A DNA stretch of 64,000 bases from Malacoraja senta (Eukaryota). Shown here one piece after another: positions 46,288 through 58,351 of this stretch. The stretch is taken from NCBI GenBank assembly GCA_038087875.1, contig JAXLNO010000831.1, positions 62,001-126,000 of the forward strand. Reading direction: 5' to 3'. Made by a program: the position numbers and the translations under genes. Positions within the stretch are counted from its first letter, which is position 1, and every line of letters starts with the position of its first letter. Under the pieces are notes generated by a model that worked only from the letters and a program-made list of their open reading frames with translations, had not been told where the DNA came from and searched no databases.

Positions 46288-49200
46288 CAGGGCCGGATTT
46301 AGATGAAGAGAGGCCCTAAGCTGTTCCACTTGTGAGGCCCCCCCCCAATCCCCCACCCCCACGACCAGAGGAAGATGGTCCACCAGATTGACACCGATTT
46401 GCAGCCGAGCGTGGCCAATGAGATAAGGGGCTGGAAAGCTGGGCTTTATTTATTTATTTATTGCCACTGCTAGTGTCGAGTTATTGGCTTAAAACACTAT
46501 TATTCTGAAATGGAGGGCAAGGAAAATTACTGAAGTGTTGTTTAGAGACTACAGTGCGTTGTGACAGCATATGTAAGAAAGGCCTATGACAGTGTCAAAA
46601 ATATTATACACCTTGCAGGGCTCTCACTTAATTTTTTTTCTCTGTTGTCAGCCGGGCAACCTTGGTAGCTTTTTAAGTTGCCAAATGACAGTTTAGGTGG
46701 TTATTTAAGATGGCTTGCATGACACGTGCGATAATGTGCTCGGACGACCAGTCAGAATTATGCTCAATGAAGCATTCACATATTATTTCTGCTTCAAATA
46801 AAGCCACAAACTAAACATATTCACCAATCAGGACATGATATATACCACAATGACATGCAGCACAATTATAATACTGTATCTTAACTCTTTTTACACGTTG
46901 CAATGAATGCAATTTCTATTATTTCTTTCCACTTCCAAAAAAAAATGTGGTTGGATTATTCAGCGTATGATCAACCTCGGTGAGACCAAGTGCAGGCTTG
47001 GCGATTGCTTCGCACAACACCTCCACTCAGTTCGCAATAACCAACCTGATCTCCCGGTGGCTCAGCACTTCAACTCCCCCTCCCATTCCGAATCTGACCT
47101 TTCTGTCCTGGGCCTCCTCCATGGCCAGAGTGAGGCCCACCGCATATTGGAGGGGCAGCACCTCATATTTGCTTGGGTAGTTTACACCCCAGCGCTATGC
47201 ACATAGGCTTCTCTAATTTCAGGTAGTCCTTGCTTTCTCCCTCCTTCCCCTCCCATTCCCAGCTCTCCCACAGCCTACTGTCTCCGTCTCTTCCTTTATT
47301 TTTCATGTCATTCCCCCCCCCCCCGACATCAATCTGAAGAAGGGTCTCGACCCGAAACATCGTCTATTCCTTCGCTCCACAGGTGCTGCCTCACCCGCTG
47401 ATTTTCTACAGCTTTTTTGTCTACCAATGGGATCCCACAACTGGCCACATCTTCCCATCTCCTCCCCTGTTGGCTTTCCATAGAGACCGCTCCCTCCGTA
47501 ACTCCCTGGTCAATTCGTCCCTTCCCACCCAAACCACCCCCTCTCCTGGCACTTTCCATTGCAACTGCAGGAAATGCTACACTTGGCGTTTTAATTAAGT
47601 TCAAGACAATGGGGCTGTACATTGGCCATAAGGTTGCTGCCTAAAAGTGCCAGAGACCTGGAATTGATCCTGAATATGGGTGTTGTCTGTTTGGAGTTTG
47701 CTCCTTTTCACTTTGATCGCATGGGTTTTCTTCGGGTGCTCTTGTTTCCTTCCACATTCCAAAGGTGTGCAGGAACCTATTTCAGAACCAACCCTAAACG
47801 TAATATTTCCCTTTTGTCCAGAGATTCTGTCTGACCTGTTGAGTTACTCCAGCTTTGTGTGTCTATCTTCAATTTAAACCAGCATTTGCAGTTCCTTCCT
47901 ACACACACGATACTATACGATAGAACTTTATTAATCCCAGGAGGGAAATTGTGTGTGTGTGCGTGTGGGTATATATACTATGCACACACACACACACACA
48001 TATATATATATACAATACAATTACAATACAATTTTATTTGTCTTTTGGACAAATTTGTCATTTGGACCCCGTTGAGGTCCAAACGAAATGTCGTTTCTGC
48101 AGCCATACATTACAAAACGAAGAAGACCCGAGACACAACACAATTTACACATACATCCATCACAGCGCTGTGATGGAAGGCAAAAAAACGTATCTCTCCA
48201 CTGCACTCCCCCCCCCCCCCACCCCCCCGATGTCAGAGTCAAAGTCAAAGCCCCCGGCGGGCGATGGTGATTATCCCGCGGCCATTAAAGCCACGCCGGT
48301 TAATGCAGGGTCGCGCACTGCGTCTTGGTGTTAGAGCCCCGGCGCGCGCTCGCAAAGTCCGGCGGCCATTCCAAGCCGCGCGGGGCGGTGATGTAAAGCT
48401 CCCCTCCAGGTGCTCTTCAACCCCGCAACTCGGGCGGGAGAAGTCGCCGCTGCGGATGCCCCGAAAAGCGGTGTCCCACCAGGGGACCCACGGGCTTCCG
48501 GTGTTGCCGTCCGCCAGACCCGCGGTTGTAGCCTCCGAATCTCCGGGGGTCGGGTAGCAGCAGCGATTGTCTCCACCACAGCTATAAATATACACCGTTT
48601 TGTTTTCTCGTTTATAACATTGTTTACAGAGTACTATGTTTACATATTCTGTTGTGCTGCTGCAAGTAAGGATTTCATTGTTCTAACTGGGACGTGAGAG
48701 AATAAACTCTTGACTCTTGACTTACTTCGCTAATGTGTGGGAAAGAACTAGTGTACGGGTGATCAATAGTCGGCGTGGACTCGGAGGGCTGAAGGGCCTG
48801 TTTCCACGCTGTATCTTCAAATTAAGCTAAAGACACTAAAACCAGAGGGAGTCTAAAGAAGTGTTTCTACCCGAAACGTCACCCAATTTCTTCTATCCTG
48901 AGTTGCTGGCTGCTCCATGGAGTTCCCCCGCACAATTAAAGCATGGAATAGTCTTCACCCTACCATAGTTACCCAACCAGACGCAACTAAATTTAAGGTA
49001 CCTCTTTTTTCCCCAAGAACCCTTTTTTGCTTAAGTCCAAGTCAAGAGTCAAGAGAGTTTTATTGTCATGTGTCCCAGAGAGGACAATGAAATTCTTGCT
49101 TGCTGCAGCACAACATAATATGTGAACATAATACAGAACAGGAGATAAAAGTTCAGTGTGTTTATATACCATAGACCATATATATACACAATAAATAAAC

Positions 49201-49807
49201 AGATAAAATGCAATAGGCTGTTATTGTTCAGCCCTCTACCACCTCCAGTTTAAATTCCTTTTAGAATATTTATGGAGGATCAGGAAACCAGAAGCGAGAG
49301 TTACTCCAGGGAGATACTCCTGTTCCAGGGTCAGGGAGTGATTCTGTGTTAGTTTTCAGCGGTTGCGGCGAGGCAGCAATGGCGGCCAAATCTCCCACAA
49401 TTCAAAGCGAGGGAGAAAGTGCCCAGCCCCGACCAGTTGCCGTGGCAGTGCGCATGCGCAGGGCGGCCGATGACGTGCGGGCTGTGGTTGTGCGCATGTG
49501 CAGGGGAGGACGTGCTGGCCGTAGCAGTGTGCATGTGCAAGGCGGCCGGCCGTGCCGGCGGATGAGGAGCGAGCGGAGAACGGAGACCCGGACACGGAGA
49601 GTGACAGACGGAGATAGAGATAGAGAGGGGGGCCACCCCGCCCAGAGTTGAACGGCTGGTGTCCTGCCTTGGCCGGAGGCCCCCTATATTTCAGGGCCCC
49701 AGGCTTCAGCCTATGAAGCCTAGTGGTAAATCCGGCTCTGCGAGCCCCTCCTAGATCTCCAGGCCCTAAACTGAAGCTTGTCCATCTTATATGTAAATCC
49801 GGCCCTG
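46288..49807. mobile_element. Non-autonomous hAT element (3.5 kb) with nested Penelope, SINE and retroelement cargo
   Basis: TIR CAGGGCCGGATTTA, 8-bp TSD CCTACCAG; inserted in a CR1 fragment (45830-50180); no transposase ORF seen. Confidence 0.93.
46960..47420 (+). mobile_element. Penelope-like 3' region (GIY-YIG tail plus terminal repeat with hammerhead-like motif at 47334)
   Basis: LGETKCRLGDCFAQHL...PVAQHFNSPSH; CTGAAGAAGGGTCTCGACCCGAAACATC. Confidence 0.8.
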
Positions 49808-50952
49808 CCTACCAGATAATGAAATGCCTGGTTAGTTGATGGGAAAGGAAGTTTTCAGTAATGGGAGAGTCTAGCACAGCCTCACAATAAAAATACCTAC
49901 CTTCAATATGGAGATGAGGAGGAATCTCTTTAGTCACAGGGTGGTGAATCTGTGGAATTCATTGATACAAACAGCTGTGTGGGTCAAGTCATTGCATATT
50001 TTTCAAGCAGAGATTGATAGGTTCTTGATGAGTACGGGTGACAAAGGTTACAGGGAGAAGGCTAGAGAATGGGATTTAGCGGTAAAAAATAGATCTGCTA
50101 TGACTGAATGGTGGAGTAGACTCAATGGACTTGAAAGGCATAATTCCGCTCCAATATCTTATGGTCAAAATTATTCTTATGTCACCCTTAACTCACCCAT
50201 CCAAATGTAGGAACAGTGGAAGCAAGATAGGCTGATCCTGGACAAGGTCTCTTATCTTCTTCCTTGGGCATCTAGCTAATTTTCTGATAGTAGCTAGTTA
50301 CACAAAAGACCAATAGTGGTGCCATATTATCAGGCTGAAGTAGCAGCACCTGTTCTGTAGCTGACTTATTTGTTCCAGACAAGACCTCTGCAAAGATCTT
50401 CACACCAGGGCCAAGCTGACATGGTTAAGATTGCTGGTCAGTACAAATAGACAGTAGTGTTAATGTCTGTGTGTGCCTATGTGTGTGTGTGTGGGCTCAT
50501 GTGTGTGAGACAGTGAGGGGGAGAGAGAGAGAAAGAGAGAGCATGTGTATGTGAGAAAATTAAACTCAGATATCATTGAAATATCAGCAAAGATTAAAAC
50601 CTTTGAAGTTTTATCAACTATAAATGGGTTCACTTTTATTTGCTATAATAACAATCATCAACATAAGAAAATGGCCTTGTTGACCTCTACACTGTAAATA
50701 GTCATATATTTCTGACGTACTTGATTCTTTAAATTCTTAATTAAATGCTGCAGATAAAATCTCAATACCTCAATGCTAATATGAACTTAATGATTTTTCA
50801 TTGATCATTTTAAGCACATCCATCCTCTGTATAAATACTTAAATCTAAAACTTTATTACTTTTTAATTAGATATGAACAGTGCTACTTTAATTTAGATAA
50901 TAAAATCATTACAATGTTGTTATTGATCACTAAATGTTTAAAATGCACTATA

Positions 50953-52920
50953 CAGTGGCTTGCAAAAGTTTTCATACCCCTTGAACTTTTCCACATTTTG
51001 TCACGTTACAACCACAAACGTAAATGTATTTTATTGGGATTTTATGTGATAGACCAACACAAAGTGGTGCATAATTGTGAAGTGGAAGGAAAATGATACA
51101 TGGTTTTCAAATTTTGTTACAAATAAAAAACTGAAAAGTGTCGCGTGCAAAAGTATTCAGCCCCCCTGAGTCAATACTTTGTAGAACCACCTTTCGCTGC
51201 AATTACAGCTGCAAGTCTTTTGGGGTATATCTCTACCAGCTTTGCACATCTAGAGACTGAAATTTTTGCCCATTCTTCTTTGCAAAATAGCTCAAGCTCA
51301 GTCAGATTGGATGGAGAGCATCTGTGAACAGCAATTTTCAAGTCTTGCCAGAGATTCTCAATTGGATTTAGGTCTGGACTTTGACTGGGCCATTCTAACA
51401 CATGAATACGCTTTGATCTAAACCATTCCATTGTAGCTCTGGCTGTATGTTTAGGGTCGTTGTCCTGCTGGAAGGTGAACTTCCGCCCCGGTCTCAAGTC
51501 TTTTGCAGACTCTAACAGGTTTTCTTCCAAGATTGCCCTGTATTTGGCTCCATCCATCTTCCCCCATCAACTCTGACCAGCTTCCCTGTCCCTGCTGAAG
51601 AAAAGCATCCCCACAGCATAATGCTGCCACCACCATGTTTCACAGTGGGGATGGTGTGTTCAGGGTGATGTGCAGTGTTAGGTTTCCGCCACACATAGCG
51701 TTTTGCATTTAGGCCAAAAACTTCAATTTTGGTCTCATCTGACCAGAGCACCTTCCTCCACATGTTTGCTGTGTCCCCCACATGGCTTGTGGCAAACTGC
51801 AAACGGGACTTCTTATGGGCTTTTTTCAACAATGGCTTTCTTCTTGCCACTCTTCCATAAAGGCCCGATTTGTGGAGTGCACGACTAATAGTTTTCCTGT
51901 GGACAGATTCTCCCACCTGAGCTGTGGATCTCTGCAGCTCCTGCAGAGTTACCATGGGCCTCTTGGCTGCTTCTCTGATCAATGCTCTCCTTGCCCGGCC
52001 TGTCAGTTTAGGTGGACGGCCATGTCTTGGTAGGTTTGCAGTTGTGCCATACTCTTTCCATTTTCGGATGATGGATTGAACAGTGCTCCGTGAGATGTTC
52101 AAAGCTTGGGATATTTATTTATAACCTAACCCTGTTTTAAACTTCTCCACAACTTTATCCCTGACCTGTCTGGTGTGTTCCTTTGGCTTCATGATGTTGT
52201 TTGTTCACTAATGTTCTCTAACAAACCTCTGAGGCCTTCACAGAACAGCTGTATTTATACTGAGATTAGATTAATAATAATAATAATAATAATGGATGGG
52301 ATTTATATAGCGCCTTTCTAATACTCGGCGCTTTACATCGCATTATTCATTCACTCCTCAGTCACACTCGGTGGTGGTGAGCTACTTCTGTAGCCACAGC
52401 TGCCCTGGGGCAGACTGACGGAAGCGTGGCTGCTAATCTGCGCCTACGGCCCCTCCGACCACCACCAATCACTCACACACATTCACACGCAGGCAAAGGT
52501 GGGTGAAGTGTCTTGCCCAAGGACACAACGACAGTATGCACTCCAAGCGGGATTCGAACCGGCTACCTTCCGGTTGCCAGCCGAACACTTAGCCCATTGC
52601 GCCATCTGTCGTCCCGAGATTACACACAAGTGGACTCTATTTACTAATAAGGTGACTTCTGAAGGCAATTGGTTGCACTGGATTTTATTTAGGGGTATCA
52701 GAGTAAAGGGGGCTGAATATTTTCGCACGCGACACTTTTCAGTTTTTTATTTGTAAAAAAATTTGAAAACCATGTATAATTTTCCTTCCACTTCACAATT
52801 ATGTGCCACTTTATGTTGGTCTATCACATAAAATCCCAATAAAATACATTTACGCTTGTGGTTGTAACGTGACAAAATGTGGAAAAGTTCAAGGGGTATG
52901 AATACTTTTGCAAGCCACTG
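50953..52920 (-). mobile_element. Tc1 (IR/DR-type) transposon with defective DD34E transposase
   Basis: TA TSD, ~215-bp TIRs starting CAGTGGCTTGCAAAAG; ATG 52192 MKPKEHT..., [25 protein letters not shown]; TAA near the start and a frameshift near 51565. Confidence 0.97.
52274..52615 (-). mobile_element. tRNA-derived CORE-type SINE with L2-like tail nested in Tc1
   Basis: A/B boxes (TGGCGCAATGG, GGTTCGAATCC), GTGTCCTTGGGCAAGACACTT core, AAAGGCGCTATATAAAT tail + (ATT)n; approximate TSD AGATTA. Confidence 0.85.
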
Positions 52921-52933
52921 TATATGCCAACAG

Positions 52934-53154
52934 AGAGGGCAGTGAAAGAAGATATGAAGATTAGGATCGTGACTGGAGCTGTAATTGTTCCTCTCATTCT
53001 CCTGGGGATCATCCTTGGAATTGGTTGCTGGAAGAAGAGGAAAAAGAGAAAACCTTTCAATGAACAGGTACCAGCTGACAACAGCAGAGACCAGGAGAGG
53101 ACCATGAAGCACAATCAGCTTCCTTTGGGATGCAGAGGAGGTCTACCGGAATGA
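52934..53154 (+). CDS. MHC class I transmembrane/cytoplasmic exon (3' end uncertain: donor after 53067 or read-through to TGA 53154)
   Basis: caacag| phase-1 acceptor; IVTGAVIVPLILLGIILGIGCW followed by the stop-transfer stretch KKRKKRK. Confidence 0.8.
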
Positions 53155-56100
53155 TGCCTGGATTAGTGGGGTATTAGCCACAGGGAGAAGTTGGACAGAC
53201 TGGACAGTTGGATTGTTTTCTCTGGAATGTCGGGGATTGAGGGGAGACCTGACAGTAATATATCAAACTGGGAGGAGTAGAGATAGGGTAGACCATCAGA
53301 CTTTTTACCCAGGAAGGAAATATCAAATAAGAGCAGGTATTGCTTTACAATGAGTGGCAAAGTTAAAAAAAAGATGTGCAGGACAAGTGTTTTACGCCAA
53401 GGGTGGTGAGTGACTGGAATGTGCTGCTGGAGGTGGTGGTGGAAGCAGATATGATAGTGGCATTTAAGAGACTTTTAGATAGGCACATGTATATGCAGGG
53501 AATGGATGGATATGGATTATGTGCAAGCAGATAACAATTGGTCTTGGCATCATGTTCGGCACAAACATTGTGGGTCAAAGGGCCTGTTCTTGTGCTGTAC
53601 TGTTCTATGCTCTTTATTGTATCAATGCTGACTGATGACTTTACATTCAGCCATTAATTTTTCAAATGCTGTCTTCACTGCAGTTACCCTGTGATTCCAA
53701 AGTCATACATTGCGCCACATTTTGGAATAAAAGGTCGCCTATTTGATTGATTGATACTTTATTATCACATGTGACATGTCACAGTGAAATTCTTTGCTTT
53801 GCATAACATACACAAGGTATACATACACAAGTCACCATGTATAGGGTGTCGACACAGTTACAAAGTAATCATTACAGTCCCCAATGGTCCCTCTTTGTTC
53901 TCGGCAGCCCCTCCATGTTGGGTTCACCTGTGTTATCCGCGCCCCCTCCCCCCCCAACCCCGGGACCCTCTTTGTTATCTTTGTTCTCGGCAGTCCTCCC
54001 ATGTTGGGTCCCTCTTTAAAATAGTTACGAAGAAGATTTATTTTCCAGGAGGTGTATGATTTGCCTGAACTTTCTATTCCAGCTGTGAAGACAAGGTGAA
54101 TGAATATTTTCTAGGTTGAGATATAGAGAATTTTAGATCAGAAATGAATCAAAAATTGCAGGAATTATGCAGTAAACTGATCAAAATCAGATTGGACATA
54201 ATGTTATTGAATGATGCAGTCTGTTCAAGGGGGCTTACAGCTGATTACTAATCTTATTTTATATAAAACATAAAAATGTTCATCTCAGGAAGAGGCCCTT
54301 TGGCCCACAATGTCTGTGGTGAACATGATGAGATGCTAAACTGATCCCATCCAACTGCAACATGATCCATATCCCTCTATTTCCTGCAGATCAGTTTGTC
54401 GATCTAAAAGCCTCTCAAACATCATATACATATCTTGCCAGAGATAGACACAAAAAGTTGGAGAAACTCACCGGGTCAGTCAGCATCTCTGGATACAAGG
54501 CATAGGTGACATTTCGGGATGAGACCCTTGTTCAGACTCCAGAAATGCTGTTTGACCCGCTGAGTCACTCCAGCTTTTTGAGCCTATCTTCGGGTTAAAC
54601 CTGCATCTGCAGTTCGTTCCTAGTTATTTTGCCACTTCTCTTTGTCACATACTGTAACCTGCATTCCTTGTTCACATACCTGATGGTGTAGTGGAGAAGT
54701 AATTGCCTTTGCATTTAATGCTTCACTCAGTGCTTCAAGTATTTGATGGGCCAGTCAACAAGGATCTTTGTTTTCAATACGAACCACGCTCTACACCACA
54801 GCTTAGATAATATTGCTTAGTTTAGTTGAGTGATACAGCATGGATGCAGAGCCTTCAGCTCATCGAGTTGATACCAACCATCCAACACACCAGTTCTGTT
54901 ATCCCTCTTTCACATCCTCTTTCCATACACTGGGGCAATTTTACAAAAGCCAACTCACCTACAAACCTGTACATCACTGAGATGTGCGAGGAAACCGGAG
55001 CACCAGGAGAAATCCCACGTGGTCACAGGGAGAACATGCAAACTCCACATAGACAACATCCCAGTACCATGTCATGTGAATATTTATGGAACATGGTAAC
55101 GTATGGGGGCTGTGTTTTGTTGACCTGACAGATCACTGGGAACAATACTCATTATCAAAGCTGTGGTGTAATAGCTGTGGAAGTGTTTTATGTGCAACAG
55201 ACTGAGAATGTCATTGTATATCCACCAGTGTCATTTCTGAATTATGAGCATTTAATAAAATACTTTTGAATGAGTTTTACCAAGACGTTAGCATGCTACA
55301 CTGACCTATATACTTGTTTTGTCATTGTTAATACTACAGACAGCTATTTACTCAATCATAAGTTCATAAGATCATAAGTGATAGGAACAGAATTAGGCCA
55401 TTCGTCCCATCAATCATGGCTGATCTATCCTATCCTCCAAACCACATTTTCCTACCTTCTCCCCATAACCCCCGACACCCGTTCTATTCAAGAATCTATC
55501 TATCTCTGCCATAAAAAAATATCCATTGACGGCCTCCACAGCCTTCTGTGGCAGAATTCCACAGATTCACCACCCTCTGAATAAAGAAATTCCTCCTCAT
55601 CTCCTTCCTAAAGGAGTGTACTTTAATTGTGAGGCTTTGCCCTCTGGTGAGATGCTGACACTAGTGGAAACATCCTCTCAACATCCACTCTATCCAGGCC
55701 TTTCACTATCAGGTAAGTTTCAATGAGGTTTCCCTCATCCTTCTAAACTCCAGCGAGTAGAGGCCTAGTGCCGTCAAATGCTCATTTGAACAGAATAACA
55801 ACAACTTTACTCTTCATATAACCAATTGTCAAAACTCACACCTCCACATTCAGGGACAGTCTCTTCCCAATTGTTATCAGGTAACTGAAACCATCCTACC
55901 AACAACCAGGGTGCAGTCTTGAACTACTGTCTCCTGCATTGGAGATCCTTGGACAATCTTTGATCGGACTTTACTGCCTTTATCTTGCACCAAACGTTAT
56001 TGACGTTATTCCCTTTATCATATATCTGTACACTATGGATGGCTCGATTGTAATCATGTATTGTCTTTCCACTGACTGGTTAGCACATTTAGTTTAGTTT

Positions 56101-56934
56101 AGTTTAGAGATACAGGGCAGAAACAGGGTCCGCACCAATTCCCGCACACTAACACTATCCTACACACACTTGGAACAGGTTTACATTTATACCAACCCAA
56201 TTAACCTACATACCCATAGTCAAGATCAAACCCGGCTGTGTGGCACATAAGGCAGCAACTCCAGTGTTGCATCACCATGTTGCCCTTATTGTTGTAGGAT
56301 GTGCAGGGAATGGAGGTATATTATGTGCCGGCAGATAGGAGTTGGTCTTGGCATCATGTTCAACACAGACATTGTGGGCCAAAGGGCCTGTTCCTGTGTT
56401 GTACTGATCTATTGTGGTGATTGTGAAAACACATAATAATTACTTGATTGCTGATATCTTAAGTGTATTTACTAGGTACATTAAATATTCAGACAAAACT
56501 AAATTCCATTCCCGAGTCATCTAATTCTCACACCCTAGTCAGCATGAAACATCAACTTTCTTGATGTACTGATATTTATTTTCTGTTAATATTTAACTGT
56601 GAGTTTAATGTTACACCAAATGATAATTGGCTTGTTTCCATCAGTGTTTGCAATCTGGATGACCCTGAATTTATTGCTTAGGTGTGAGATTCATCGCAAG
56701 GACTGAGATGAGGCAGAAACCTGACTGTTACAGACTTTTTGGAGGGGTTTGCAAGATTTTGACCCAACACCTCTGAAGGCAAGACAATATATTTACAAGC
56801 AGCCTCAACCGCACCTCAGACAGTGCCATCCAGGCACTCGTCACTGTCTGTGAAAAAACATGCCCTGCACATTTCCTTTAAACATTCATCTTAAAACTAT
56901 GCCCTCTTGTATTTAATGTTTCCATCCATGTTGA

Positions 56935-57260
56935 GTTTAGTTTATTTTAGTTTAGAGATACAGCGTGGAAACAGGCCCTTCGGCCCACCGAGTCCGCACC
57001 GACTAGTGATCCCTGGGCATTAGCACTATCCTACACACACTCGGGACGATTTACACATACACCAAGCCAATTAATCTACATACCTGTACATCTTTGGAGT
57101 GTGGGAGGAAACCGAAGATCTCGGAGAAAACCCATGCTGTCATGGAGAGAACGTACAAACTCCACACGTACAGCACCCGTGGTCGGGATCGAACCTGGGT
57201 CTCCCACGCTGCAAGCGCTGTAAAGCAGCAACTCTACCGCTGCGCCACAGTGACTGCCCC
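56935..57260 (-). mobile_element. HE1-like V-SINE (representative full copy; others near 15225, 16233, 27650, 36600, 43725, 45190, 45540, 54820, 56090)
   Basis: TGGCGCAGCGG A box, GGTTCGATCCC B box, V-like body, tail gggcctgtttccacgctgtatctc(taaac)n. Confidence 0.85.
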
Positions 57261-57970
57261 TGTTCTGACTATCTATCCTATCTATACCTCTCATAGTTTT
57301 ATGTACTTCTATCCGGTGTCCCATCAAACTCCGGTATTGTAGCGGAAGCAATCCATGTCTGTCCATATGTTTCATGTAGCCAACACACCCTAGTTGAGGC
57401 ATCATTCTTGTAAACCTCTGCACCCTTTCCAATGCCTCTACATCCTTTATGTAATGGGTCAACAAAAACTACACATAATACTCCAAATGTGGACTACCCA
57501 GCCCTATAAAACTGTATTATGACTTCCTGTCTCTAGAAACCCAAGATTCAACCCCAAGATCTCTCTGTAGATTAATGCTGTTAAGGGTCTTGCCAATAAC
57601 TGTATACTTTTCCTTTACATTCGACCACTCAAAGTGTAACATACTTGCTCAAAATGAACTCCATTTTCAATTTTCTGCCCATTTCTGTATCTGATGTATT
57701 TCCCATTGTACACTTGGGCAGCCTTCTTCACTGTTCGCAACTCCATCAATGTTGGTGGCGCCTGCAAACTAACTAACCAACCCAACCACTGGGTGGCGCC
57801 AGCAATGGCTGTCTCGCCAACAGTCTGTCTGTCCCTTCCTTCTTTGTGTTTTAACAGTTTGTGTTAAATCAGGGGTTGGCAACCTACGGCCCAGATCCGG
57901 TCTGTAACTCGAAATCATCCGGCACGCAGGCGTAACACAAAACACACACAACACTTATCCGAGAGCAGTT

Positions 57971-58005
<35 letters not shown>

Positions 58006-58037
58006 CCAATTCCATATCACAATACCTGTCGACTCAA

Positions 58038-58351
58038 GGGCCTGTCCCACTGTACGAGCTAATTCAAGAGTTCTCCCGAGTTTCCCATGATTCGAACTCG
58101 GAGAATTACAGTAATAGCCGCTCGTAGGTACTCGGGGCTCTCGTGGACATTTTTCAACACGTTTAAAAATCTTCACGAGTCTTCACGAGCTTACCGCGTT
58201 TCCTGAGTACATGCCGTTAGCATTACGAGCCACTAAGAGACGACCCGAGCTCCGACGTACCCGCTACGTACATTCTACGTACTTACCACGAGTTTGATTT
58301 TTTTTAAACTCGGGAGAGCTCTTGAATTACCTCGTACAGTGGGACAGGCCC
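58038..58351. mobile_element. MITE with ~46-bp TIRs (PIF/Harbinger- or Kolobok-type flanks)
   Basis: GGGCCTGTCCCACTGTACGAG... inverted at both ends, 2 mismatches; flanks TCAA / TTAA. Confidence 0.85.

Larger units (their letters stand above)
31052..53154 (+). pseudogene. Nonclassical MHC class I heavy-chain gene (leader-alpha1-alpha2-alpha3-TM/cyt), probably recently inactivated by a nonsense codon in alpha3
   Basis: Five exons with GT/AG boundaries, all joined in phase 1 as in class I genes; alpha exon sizes 261/276/273 nt; conserved class I motifs; TAG replaces Tyr of GFYP at 44898-44900. Confidence 0.9.

Noticed and set aside
50379-50420. Alternative secretory terminal exon (DKTSAKIFTPGPS*) after alpha3
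   Set aside because: Only an AG and a short frame; no supporting poly(A) signal or homology.
15225-57260. tRNA genes suggested by A/B boxes
   Set aside because: Each continues into a SINE body and tail; they are tRNA-derived SINE heads.
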